Positions 1-9,106 of a stretch of DNA of 64,000 bases are shown here, in pieces. The notes below the pieces were generated by a model. That model did not search any database. It saw only the letters and a list, made by a program, of their open reading frames with translations, and had not been told where the DNA came from. Source of the DNA: an uncultured Candidatus Rokubacteria bacterium (GTDB lineage Bacteria > Methylomirabilota > Methylomirabilia > Rokubacteriales > CSP1-6). How positions within the stretch are numbered: the stretch's first letter is position 1; every line of letters starts with the position of its first letter. A program made the position numbers and the translations under genes. The DNA is taken from NCBI GenBank assembly GCA_963771355.1, contig CAVYTA010000006.1, forward strand, positions 2,368,001 through 2,432,000, written 5' to 3'.

Positions 1-1
1 C

Positions 2-586
2 GGCCTCGACGAGGCCTATGCCATCCCGTCCGAGGAGGCGATGAAGCTGGCGCTCCGCACCCAGCAGATCATCGCCCACGAGACGCGGGTGCCCCAGGTG
101 ATCGACCCGCTGGGCGGCTCCTGGTACGTGGAGTCGCTCACCAACCAGATCGAGGCCAAGGTCTTCGAGCTGCTCGCCAAGGTGGACGCCATGGGCGGCA
201 CGATCAAGGCCATCGAGGAAGGCTGGTTCCAGCGCGAGATCGCGGACTCCGCTTACGAGACGGCGCGGCGCCGGGCCTCCGGCGAGCAGCCGCTGATCGG
301 CGTGAACATGTTCGCGGAGCCGCCCGCCCCGGTGCCGGTGCCCATCCACAAGGTGGCCGCCGACGTGGAGGCGCGCCAGGTCGCCCGGGTCAAGGCGGTG
401 CGCGCCCGCCGCGACAGCGCCCGCGTCGCCGCACTGCTGGAGCAGCTGGCCGCCGAGGCGCGCGACCCCGCGGTGAATCTCATGCCCGTGACCATAGAGC
501 TGGTGCGAGCCCGCGCGACCATGGGGGAGATCGTGGCCCGCCTGCGCGAGGTCTTCGGCCACTACGTCGAGACGCCCATCTTCTGA
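2..586 (+). CDS. Acyl-CoA mutase large (substrate-binding) subunit, C-terminal part; HcmA/IcmA/split-MCM type (5' truncated by window)
   Basis: Frame open from base 2: GLDEAYAIPSEEAMKLALRTQQIIAHE, DPLGGSWYVE, IGVN. Ends FGHYVETPIF with no DxHxxG B12-binding domain. Confidence 0.9.
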   Translation, partial: GLDEAYAIPSEEAMKLALRTQQIIAHETRVPQVIDPLGGSWYVESLTNQIEAKVFELLAKVDAMGGTIKAIEEGWFQREIADSAYETARRRASGEQPLIGVNMFAEPPAPVPVPIHKVAADVEARQVARVKAVRARRDSARVAALLEQLAAEARDPAVNLMPVTIELVRARATMGEIVARLREVFGHYVETPIF

Positions 587-598
587 GGAGCCGCCGCC

Positions 599-1747
599 AT
601 GCCCGCGCCCCGTCCCTACGTCGTGGCCTTCCCCGACGCCGACCTCGCCGATCTGCATGACCGTCTCGGCCGCACGCGCTTCCCCGACGAGCCGCCCGAG
701 GCGGGCTGGCGCTTCGGTGCCGACCTCGCCTACGTGAAGTCCCTGGCCGCCTACTGGCGCGAGCACTACGACTGGCGGCGCTGGGAGGCGGAGCTCAATC
801 GCTTCCGTCAATTCGTCGCCCCGGTGGCAGGCATCGACCTCCACTTCATCCACGAGGAGGGCCGGGGGCCGAAGCCGATGCCCCTCCTCCTCTCGCACGG
901 CTGGCCGGGATCGGTGTGGGAGTTCCACAAGATCCTCCCCCTGCTCACCGATCCCGCGCGGTTCGGCGGCGATCCCGCCGATGCCTTCACGGTGGTGGCG
1001 CCGTCGCTCCCCGGCTACGGTTTCTCCTTCGCACCCGGGCAGGCACGGCTCGGCGTGTCCGAGATCGCGGACGTCTTCGCCAGCCTCATGCGCGACACCC
1101 TCGGCTACTCGCGCTACGGGGCACAGGGCGGCGACTGGGGCTGCTTCATCACCACCGTGCTCGGCCACCGCCGGCCCCAGGACGTGGCCGGCATCCACCT
1201 GAACCTCCTTCCCCTGCGGCGCGACGTGGCGCGGCCGGACCAGCCCACCGACGAGGAGAAGAAGTACCTCCAGGAACTGGGCCACTGGCTGCGCGAGGAG
1301 ACGGGGTATCAGTCGATCCAGGGGACCAAGCCGCAGACGCTCGCCTACGGCCTCACCGACTCCCCGGTGGGACTGGCGGCCTGGATCGTGGAGAAGTTCC
1401 GGAGCTGGAGCGACTGCGACGGGGAGGTCGAGCGGCGCTTCAGCAAGGATGATCTCTTGACCAACATCACCATCTACTGGCTGACCGGCGCGATCGGCTC
1501 TTCCTTCTGGCCCTACTATGCCCGCATCCACGATGGATGGCCGCTCCCCGACGGCGTCCGCATCGAGGTGCCGACGGGCTACGCGGCGTTTCCCAAGGAG
1601 ATCGTCCGCCCGCCGCGCGCGTGGGCGGAAAAGGTCTTCAACATCCAGCGCTGGACGGTGATGCCGGCGGGCGGCCACTTCGCGGCGATGGAGGAGCCCG
1701 AGGCGCTCGCGGGCGAGATCAGGGAGTTCTTTCGTCCCTTACGCTGA
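599..1747 (+). CDS. Epoxide hydrolase (EHN family, alpha/beta hydrolase)
   Basis: HGWPGS, GGDWG nucleophile motif, GGHFAAME; GAGGAG SD upstream. Confidence 0.92.
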   Translation: MPAPRPYVVAFPDADLADLHDRLGRTRFPDEPPEAGWRFGADLAYVKSLAAYWREHYDWRRWEAELNRFRQFVAPVAGIDLHFIHEEGRGPKPMPLLLSHGWPGSVWEFHKILPLLTDPARFGGDPADAFTVVAPSLPGYGFSFAPGQARLGVSEIADVFASLMRDTLGYSRYGAQGGDWGCFITTVLGHRRPQDVAGIHLNLLPLRRDVARPDQPTDEEKKYLQELGHWLREETGYQSIQGTKPQTLAYGLTDSPVGLAAWIVEKFRSWSDCDGEVERRFSKDDLLTNITIYWLTGAIGSSFWPYYARIHDGWPLPDGVRIEVPTGYAAFPKEIVRPPRAWAEKVFNIQRWTVMPAGGHFAAMEEPEALAGEIREFFRPLR

Positions 1748-1797
1748 TATACTCCCCCCCGCCGGCCCCAGCACACGCGCCGGCAGGAGGCCCCACC

Positions 1798-3114
1798 ATG
1801 CGCCACACCCGCTTCGTGACGTCGTTCCTCGCCGCGGTGCTGCTGATCGCCGCCCCCCTCGCCTTCGCCGACGAGACGTGCAACTCCCCCTACATGGGCA
1901 ATCTCATCAAGGGACAGGAAGACTACGTCTACGTCTGGACGCTCGGGGTGAAGGGCCTGGGCGACGGCTTCGACAAGCTCGTCACCATCGACGCCAATCC
2001 CGCCTCCGCGCAGTACGGCAAGGTCATCCACAAGGTCTCCGTGGGCGGGCGCGGTGAGGCGCATCACATGGGCTTCACCGACGACCGCCGCTTTCTCTGG
2101 GCGGGCGGGCTCGACGACAGCAAGATCTTCATCTTCGACGTGGGGACGGATCCCGCCAAGCCCAAGATCGTGAGGCGCATCCTCGACTTCGCCAGCAAGA
2201 CCGGCTTCGTGGGCCCGCACACCTTCTACGCCATGCCCGGCCGCATGCTCGTGCAGGGCCTGTCCAACACCAAGGACAATGGCGGCGCCACCGGCTTCGC
2301 CGTCTACAGCAACCGCGGCGAGCTCATCAACGTGCAGGCCATGCCCACCGACAAGGGCGGCGATGGCTACGGCTACGACCTCGCCATCAATCCGCAGAAG
2401 AACGTGATGCTCTCCTCGAGCTTCACCGGGCGCGCCAACTACATGCGCGAGCTGGGCAAGCTGGTGGGCGACGCCGAGGCCATGAAGAAGTTCGGCAGCA
2501 CCATGGTGGTGTGGGACCTCAAGGCGCTCACCCCGAAGAACGTGCTCAGCGTGCCCGGGGCCCCGCTGGAGATCCGCTGGTCCCTCCACGAGGGCGACAA
2601 CTGGGCCATCACCGCGGCCGCCCTCACCTCGAAGCTCTGGCTGGTGAAGCAGGACGCGGCGGGCGAGTGGCAGGCCAAGGACGTTGCCACCATCGGCGAC
2701 CCCGCCAAGATCCCGCTCCCGGTGGACATCAGCATCAGCCGCGACGGCACCGGCCTCTGGGTGAACACCTTCATGGACGGCAAGACCCGCTACTTCGACC
2801 TCACCAATCCGGAGCAGCCGAAGCAGACCTACGAGAAGGTTACCGGCAAGCAGGTCAACATGATCTCGCAGAGCTGGGACGGTAAGCGCGTGTACATCGC
2901 CTCCTCGCTGCTGGCGAACTGGGACAAGGGCGGCGACGACAACGAGCAGTTCGTCCGCGCGTTCAAGTGGGACGGCAAGGAGCTCACGCCCGCCTTCTCG
3001 GTGGACTTCAACAAGGAGAAGCTCGGGCGCGCGCACCACATGAAGTTCGGCTCGCGGGCCACGCGGCCGGCCTACACCCCGACGCGCCCCGTGAGCTTCG
3101 AGCCCACCCGGTGA
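1798..3114 (+). CDS. mtoX: Secreted selenium-binding protein 56 / methanethiol oxidase (MtoX)-like protein
   Basis: AGGAGG SD then ATG 1798; signal peptide ending AFA-DETCNSPYM; GQEDYVYVWTLG, EAHH, GPHT, GYGYD, SQSWDGKR, LANWD, RAHHM. Confidence 0.88.
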   Translation: MRHTRFVTSFLAAVLLIAAPLAFADETCNSPYMGNLIKGQEDYVYVWTLGVKGLGDGFDKLVTIDANPASAQYGKVIHKVSVGGRGEAHHMGFTDDRRFLWAGGLDDSKIFIFDVGTDPAKPKIVRRILDFASKTGFVGPHTFYAMPGRMLVQGLSNTKDNGGATGFAVYSNRGELINVQAMPTDKGGDGYGYDLAINPQKNVMLSSSFTGRANYMRELGKLVGDAEAMKKFGSTMVVWDLKALTPKNVLSVPGAPLEIRWSLHEGDNWAITAAALTSKLWLVKQDAAGEWQAKDVATIGDPAKIPLPVDISISRDGTGLWVNTFMDGKTRYFDLTNPEQPKQTYEKVTGKQVNMISQSWDGKRVYIASSLLANWDKGGDDNEQFVRAFKWDGKELTPAFSVDFNKEKLGRAHHMKFGSRATRPAYTPTRPVSFEPTR

Positions 3115-3797
3115 GGAAACGCCCGCCCGGGGCGGTCGCGGGCGCGGCGCTCGCCGTGCTCGTCCTCGCCGGCGCCGCGCCCGCGCACCCGCCGCCGCCG
3201 GCGCCGGATCCGCCCGCGGTGATGGATTTCGTGCCGCCCGCCCCCGGCACCTACCGCCTCTACGACATCATGCGGGCGCCCGACGGCGCCGTGCTCGACC
3301 TCGAGGGCCGGCGGGCGCGCCTGGCCCGCTTCACCACAGGCAAGATCACCGTACTCTCCTTCATCTACACCGGCTGCGCGGACGCGCGCGGATGCCCGCT
3401 CGCCTATCAGGTCTTCCACGCCATGCACGACCGGCTGCGCGCGACCCCCGCCCTGCGCGACCGCGTCCGTCTCGTCACGCTGAGCTTCGATCCCGTACAC
3501 GACACGCCCGCCGTCATGCGGCGCTATGCGAACGGCGTCCCCTCCGAGGGGGCACCGGGCGTCGAGTGGACCTTCCTCACCACCCCTTCGCCGCGTGCGC
3601 TCTTACCCATCCTGGACGGCTTCGGCCAGGACGTGCAGGTGGAGCCCCGGCCGCGCGGCGGCCAGGCTCCGCGTCTCGGTCACGTGCTGAAGGTCTTCCT
3701 CATCGACGCGCGCGGGATGGTCCGCGAGATCTATACCACCTCCTTCCTCTTCCCCGACGTCGTGCTGAACGACATCGAGACGCTGCGCCGCGAATGA
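3111..3797 (+). CDS. SCO1/SenC family copper chaperone
   Basis: GTG overlaps the upstream TGA; signal-like N-terminus; FIYTGCADARGCP, SFDPVHDTP, GHVLKVFLID. Confidence 0.88.
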   Translation: MRKRPPGAVAGAALAVLVLAGAAPAHPPPPAPDPPAVMDFVPPAPGTYRLYDIMRAPDGAVLDLEGRRARLARFTTGKITVLSFIYTGCADARGCPLAYQVFHAMHDRLRATPALRDRVRLVTLSFDPVHDTPAVMRRYANGVPSEGAPGVEWTFLTTPSPRALLPILDGFGQDVQVEPRPRGGQAPRLGHVLKVFLIDARGMVREIYTTSFLFPDVVLNDIETLRRE

Positions 3798-3807
3798 GGC
3801 CGGGCTC

Positions 3808-5880
3808 ATGCCGTCACCACGCACCCGGAAGCGCTGGCGGGCAAGCTGTCTCCTGGCGGCGGCGGTCGCCCTCGTGCTCTCCGTCGGCACCGCCCTCGAC
3901 GTCCTCGCCACCGTCCGCGCCCAGGCCCTCGACCTCCTCTTCGTGACCCGCCCCACGCGGGTGGCCGAGTCCACCCTGATCGTGGGAATCGACCAGCGGA
4001 GCTACCAGGCGCTGCTCCCCCGCTACGGCCCGCTCTCCGCCTGGCCCCGGAGCCTCTATGCGCGGGCGCTGGACGCGCTGGAGGCCGCCGGCCCGCGGGT
4101 AGTGGCCTTCGCCGTCTTCTTCGACGCCCCCCGGGCGGAGGACGGCGAGCTCACCGCGGCGATGCGCCGGGCCGGCAATGTCGTGGTCCCCGCGGTGGCC
4201 CAGCGGCCGCTGGGATTCAGCTCGCGGCCGGGCGTCGCCCAGGAGTTCGACACCTTCGTGCGCCCGGTGCCCGCCATTCGCGCCGCCGCCGCAGCCGAGG
4301 GCGCTGCCAATATCACCACCGCCCGCGACAGCGTGGTGCGCGGCCTGCCCCTCCTGCTGCAGGCGGAGGGGGAGCGGCTGCCCAGCTTCGCGCTGACGGT
4401 GGTGGCGCGTCACGCGCGCCGGCCCGCGGTGCTGGACGCCGAGCCCGCGCCCGGAGTCGTCTACGCGGCGGGGCGCGCCATCCCGCTCGCCGAGCGCAAC
4501 ACCATGCTGATCAACTTTCTCGGTCCGCCCTCCGAGCCCGGCGGCCGCGGGCCCTTCCGCATCCTGTCCTTCGTGGACGTGCTGGAGGGAAACTTCGCCC
4601 CTGCGCTCGTGCGCGACCGCGTCGTGCTCATCGGCCCCACCATCCAGGGCGTGGACGAGCATCCCACCCCGACCACCAGCGACACGCGGATGTGGGGGGT
4701 CGAGATCCTCGCCAACGCGGTGGAGACCATCCTCCACCAGCACTATCTCGCGCCCCTGCCCCGGAGCGCGACCATCGGCGCCATCGCCATGCTCGCCCTG
4801 GTCGGCGCCAGCCTCGCCGCGTTCTGGCGTCCCGTGATCGCGGGGCTCGCCGCCCTCGGCGTCCTTGCCGTCTACGTGATGCTGGCCACCGCGCTCTTCG
4901 AGGCGGGCCACCCACTGGACCTCGTCTACCCGCCCGCCGCCCTCGTGCTCGCCTTCGGCGCCACCCTCATCTACCGGGTGGTCTTCGACGAGGCCGAGCA
5001 GCGCGTGCTGCAGGACGCGATGGCGCGCTATCTCTCCCCCACCGTGAGCCGGTGGGTGCTCGAGGATCCCGACCGCCTCCGGCTGGGAGGCGAGCGGCGC
5101 GAGATGACCGTCCTCTTCAGTGATCTCCGGCGCTTCACCACCGTCGTGCACGAGCTGCCCCCCGAAGTGGTGGTCTCCCTCCTGAATCTCTATCGCGGCG
5201 ACATGACGGAGCACGTGTTCGCCGAGGACGGCGTGCTCTCTCAATACGCGGGAGATGCGATCGAGGCGTTCTGGAACGCGCCCATGGACCAGCCCGACCA
5301 CGCGCGGCGCGCGTGCGCGACCGCCCTCGAGATGACCGCGGCGCTCGCGCATCTGCAGCCCGAGTTCGCGCGGCGCGGGTGGGCAGGGCTCGACATGGCG
5401 GTGGGGATCAACACGGGCCCCACGGTGGTCGGGAACGTGGGCTCGCGTGCCCGGCTTGCCTATACCGCGGTGGGGGACGCGGTCAACGTGGCGGCCCGGC
5501 TCGAGGGCCTCTCCAAGGAGTACGGGGTGCGCGTGGTGATCGGGGAGGCGACCCGGGAGGCGGCGGGATCCGCCTTCGAGTACCGCTTCCTCGATGTGGT
5601 GGCGGTGAAGGGGCGGAACACCCCCGTCACCGTGTACGAGCTACTGGGCCGCGCGGGGAGCCTCACGCCCGACGCCGCCGCCCTGCTCGCCCGCTATCAC
5701 GAGGGCATCGGGCTGTATCGCGGCCGCCGGTGGCGAGAGGCGGTCGCGCTCTTCGATGGACTCGCCGCGGAGGCGCCCGACGACGGGCCCGTCGCCCTCT
5801 ACCGCCGGCGGAGCCACGACCTCCTCGCCGACCCTCCGCCGCCCGACTGGGACGGTGTGTACGTCGCGCTGACCAAGTAG
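3808..5880 (+). CDS. CHASE2-domain class III adenylate/guanylate cyclase
   Basis: IVGIDQRS, WPRS, GVEILANAVETI (CHASE2); three TM helices; LFSDLRRFT, GDAIEAFWNAP, GDAVNVAARLE, VKGR; WDGV tail. Confidence 0.92.
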   Translation: MPSPRTRKRWRASCLLAAAVALVLSVGTALDVLATVRAQALDLLFVTRPTRVAESTLIVGIDQRSYQALLPRYGPLSAWPRSLYARALDALEAAGPRVVAFAVFFDAPRAEDGELTAAMRRAGNVVVPAVAQRPLGFSSRPGVAQEFDTFVRPVPAIRAAAAAEGAANITTARDSVVRGLPLLLQAEGERLPSFALTVVARHARRPAVLDAEPAPGVVYAAGRAIPLAERNTMLINFLGPPSEPGGRGPFRILSFVDVLEGNFAPALVRDRVVLIGPTIQGVDEHPTPTTSDTRMWGVEILANAVETILHQHYLAPLPRSATIGAIAMLALVGASLAAFWRPVIAGLAALGVLAVYVMLATALFEAGHPLDLVYPPAALVLAFGATLIYRVVFDEAEQRVLQDAMARYLSPTVSRWVLEDPDRLRLGGERREMTVLFSDLRRFTTVVHELPPEVVVSLLNLYRGDMTEHVFAEDGVLSQYAGDAIEAFWNAPMDQPDHARRACATALEMTAALAHLQPEFARRGWAGLDMAVGINTGPTVVGNVGSRARLAYTAVGDAVNVAARLEGLSKEYGVRVVIGEATREAAGSAFEYRFLDVVAVKGRNTPVTVYELLGRAGSLTPDAAALLARYHEGIGLYRGRRWREAVALFDGLAAEAPDDGPVALYRRRSHDLLADPPPPDWDGVYVALTK

Positions 5881-5907
5881 TCGGGCCGGGCGCGCGGGAG
5901 TGGCGCC

Positions 5908-6990
5908 CTAGCGCGCCGTCCAGGTGGCCAGCTCGGCGGGCGACAGCACGATGGTCGTCGGGATGCCGGCGGGCACCGGCTTCAGCCGCTCCAGCCAGCC
6001 CTCCACCACGCGCGCGGCCCGTGGATCGGGCCGCTCGAACTCGCCGAAGCGCTGCACGATGTCGCCGCCCCGCTGCTCACCCTCTCGCAGGCGCCCGCGC
6101 CGATCGTCCCAGTACACGGCATTGCCCTTGAAGCGGCCCACCACGCTCACCCGGTAGTCGCCGTCGCCCGTCGCCGCGAGCACGAGCCGGTAGGGCCCGG
6201 CGAGGCCGGCGGGCACCTCGATGACCCGGCGCCCGTGCCGCGTCCCGGTGAGCGAGCCGAACACCTGGTTCACCTCGACGCCGGGGGCGACGAAGCCGGC
6301 CGCGCGCACGCCGTCGGGCATGATGAGGAGCGGCAAGACCGGGCCCTCGACGGTGACCTCGAGCGTGCTCGCGTTCACCGAGAAGGGCTCGGTGGTCTCG
6401 GTGCCGTCGTAGCCGAGCGTGCCCTTCTCGCCCGCCCGGAGCAACGTGCGCAGAGTGCCGCGCGCGTCGCGCAGCTCCACCTCGCCGGCACGCGTCCAGC
6501 TCACGAAGCTGCCGTCCGGGCGGGCCTCCGCGCCGATGAGTCCGTCGCGCGCGGTGGCCGAGTTCGCGTTGGACTGCAGCGTGACGGTACCGCGTCCGCC
6601 CAGCCATCCGGCCACCCGCGCCCACACCGTGCCGGCGAGGATGAGGATGCGGACCCGGGAGGGTCCGGGGCCGGCGTTCGCTTCCCGCACGGTGACGTCC
6701 GAGCCCGGCTCGACGACCACCGTGGTGCCGTCCAGGAAGGTGATCAGCGCGCGCCCACCGGGGGAGGTGACCACTCGGTCGCCCTCGGCGAGATCCGACC
6801 CGCTCGTCGCCCGCGCGAGCGGCCCGCCGGTAGCACGCGCATGCGCGACCGGCGCCGAGAGCACGGTCAGCGTGGCGGCGGTGACCGGCCGGATCGACGG
6901 CGACTGCGCGGACACGGCGGTGACGAACGGCAGGACGAACAGGAGGACGACGACGAGGGCGACCGCTCCCACAACCTTTCGTTCTGCCAT
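5908..6990 (-). CDS. FecR-domain exported protein
   Basis: Signal peptide (MAERKVVGAVALVVVLL...); LAEGDRVVT...ALITFLDGTTVVVEPGS pattern of FecR-like domains. The start could instead be ATG 7020. Confidence 0.75.
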   Translation of the reverse strand: MAERKVVGAVALVVVLLFVLPFVTAVSAQSPSIRPVTAATLTVLSAPVAHARATGGPLARATSGSDLAEGDRVVTSPGGRALITFLDGTTVVVEPGSDVTVREANAGPGPSRVRILILAGTVWARVAGWLGGRGTVTLQSNANSATARDGLIGAEARPDGSFVSWTRAGEVELRDARGTLRTLLRAGEKGTLGYDGTETTEPFSVNASTLEVTVEGPVLPLLIMPDGVRAAGFVAPGVEVNQVFGSLTGTRHGRRVIEVPAGLAGPYRLVLAATGDGDYRVSVVGRFKGNAVYWDDRRGRLREGEQRGGDIVQRFGEFERPDPRAARVVEGWLERLKPVPAGIPTTIVLSPAELATWTAR

Positions 6991-7191
6991 GGCTCTTGGT
7001 ACCTCCAGCGACGTTGACATGACACCCCGCGAGGGAGCAAGGCATGTGCCAGTGCTCCGCGGCGGCTACGTCCCCTCCGCGTCACCCTTCCCACGAGCGA
7101 TCCCTCGACCGAGGGCGGGCAAGACGCCCCGGCGAGCGGGACGCCGGCGGCAGGCTGCCCGATGGAGGAGCCGTTGTGTATGATCGACGCC

Positions 7192-8110
7192 ATGAAGCTC
7201 GGATTCGCGTTGCCGGTGGCGGGCGCCTGGGCCACACCCGAGAACCAGGTACGTGTCGCCCAGCACGCCGAGCGGCTCGGCTACTCGGGCCTCTGGGTGC
7301 TCCAGCGGCTCCTCTACGCGCTCGAGCCCAAGGGTGCCTACCCGCCCATGCCCAATCAACCCTGGCCCAAGATGTTCGAGAGCGTGGTGGATCCAATCGT
7401 GGCGCTGGCCTACGTGGCCGGGCAGACCTCGCGCATCCGGCTCGGCACCAGCGTGCTCATCATGCCGTACTACTCACCCATCCTCCTCGCCAAGCAGCTC
7501 GCCACGCTCGATCAGGTCTCCGGCGGGCGGCTCGATGTGGGACTGGGGCTGGGCTGGTCCGAGGACGAGTTCGACGCCTCCGGGGTTTCGTTCAAGCAGC
7601 GCGGCCGGCGCGGCGACGAGTTCCTTCGCTGCCTCAAGACGATCTGGACAGAGGACGTGGTGGAGTTCCATGGCGACTTCTATCACGTGCCGCGCTCCCG
7701 CGTGCTGCCCAAGCCCCGCCAGCAGCCGCACCCGCCCATCACCATCGGCGGCTACAGCGAGGTGGTGATCAATCGCGCGGTGAACCTCGGCGACGGCTTC
7801 AACGGAGGCAACATGCCGCTGGCGGAGGTGCGCCCGCTCATCGCGCGCATCCGCGCCGCGGCGGACAAGGCCGGGCGCGATCCCGCGGGCCTGCACGTGG
7901 TCTGCCGCGGGAGTTCACGCGTGCACGAGACGGCCGCAGGGGCCCGGCCGCCGCGCGCTGTTCGGGACCCTCGGGGAGATCCGCGAGGACATCCAGCGCT
8001 ACGCGGAGGCGGGCCTCACCGAGCTGTTCCTCGAGGGCAACTTCACCCTCGCCGACTCGTCCCATCGAGCGCGCGCTCGAGCTGATGGAGCAGCTCGCTC
8101 CCGCCCGCGG
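7192..8110 (+). CDS. LLM-class (putative F420-dependent) oxidoreductase; 3' end frameshifted, end approximate
   Basis: IRLGTSVL, LAKQLATLDQVSGGRLDVGLGLGW, PKPRQQPHPPI. C-terminus (LFGTLGEIREDIQRYAEAGLTELFLE, IERALELMEQL) continues in other frames after ~7940. Confidence 0.85.
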
Positions 8111-8125
8111 GCCCCCTGCCGCCGA

Positions 8126-9099
8126 CTACTTGAGCCGCGGGTCCAGCGCGTCGCGAAGGCCGTCGCCGAAGAGGTTGAAGCCGAGCACGGTCACGAAGAT
8201 GGCCAGCCCCGGGAAGAGCGAGAGCCACATGTTGGCCTGGATGAAGGAGACGTTCGCCTTGAGATCCCAGCCCCAGCTCGGCGTGGGCGGCTGGGTGCCG
8301 AGTCCCAGGAAGGACAGCGTGGCCTCCACGATGATGGAGGTGGCGATCCCGAGCGTGGTGGTCACGATGATCGGCGCCAGGCAGTTCGGCAGCACGTGGC
8401 GGAACAGGATCCAGGGATCCCGCACGCCGAGAGCGCGGGACGCCTCGATGTACTCCTTCTCCTTGATGGAGAGCACGCTCCCCCGCACCAGCCGCGCGTA
8501 GATGGGGATGCGCACGATGGCGATGGCGCCGGTGACCTTCATGGTGCCGATCAGCCCCGCGGTGGGCGTGAAGATGACCATCAGGATGATGGCGAGCAGG
8601 TAGATCGGGAAGGCGAGGATCAGGTCCATCATCCGCATGATGAGGGTGTCGACCCGGCCCCCGTAGAACCCGGCGATCATGCCGAAGGGCACGCCGACGA
8701 ACAGCGCCAGCAGCACCGAGGACACCCCCACCAGCAGCGAGATGCGCGTGCCGTGGATGATGCGGCTCAGCATGTCGCGCCCGAGCTGGTCGGTGCCCAG
8801 GGGATAGTCCCAGCTCGGGCGCTCGAAGGTGTGCGTCTGGTCGCTGGCGATGGGGCTCCGGGGCGCCAGCACGTCCGCGAAGATCGCCACGACGAGCAGG
8901 ACGACGACGATCCCCGCGCCCAGCAGCGCGGTCGTGCTGCGCCGGAGCCGGCGGATCCCCTCCACCAGGGGCGATGCCGAGGGCTTGGCGCGCGCGCCCC
9001 AGGCGACGCCGGCGGGCACGCGGCAGGTCGGCCTCGCCCACGCTGCCCCCGTGGATCGGTCGCGGCCTCTTCCGGGAGCGCGTCGCCTCCGTTGCCCAT
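8126..9099 (-). CDS. Peptide/nickel ABC transporter permease (DppC-like)
   Basis: LGTDQLGRD, EYIEASRALG, HVLPN, LSFLGLG, GDGLRDALDPR. Likely start ATG 9099 is out of frame with the body (indel ~9020-9060). Confidence 0.9.
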
Positions 9100-9106
9100 G
9101 GCCCCC

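Noticed and set aside
1798..3114. Selenoprotein or selenium metabolism implied by the SBP56 name
   Set aside because: No in-frame TGA; the family name is historical and characterised members are thiol oxidases.
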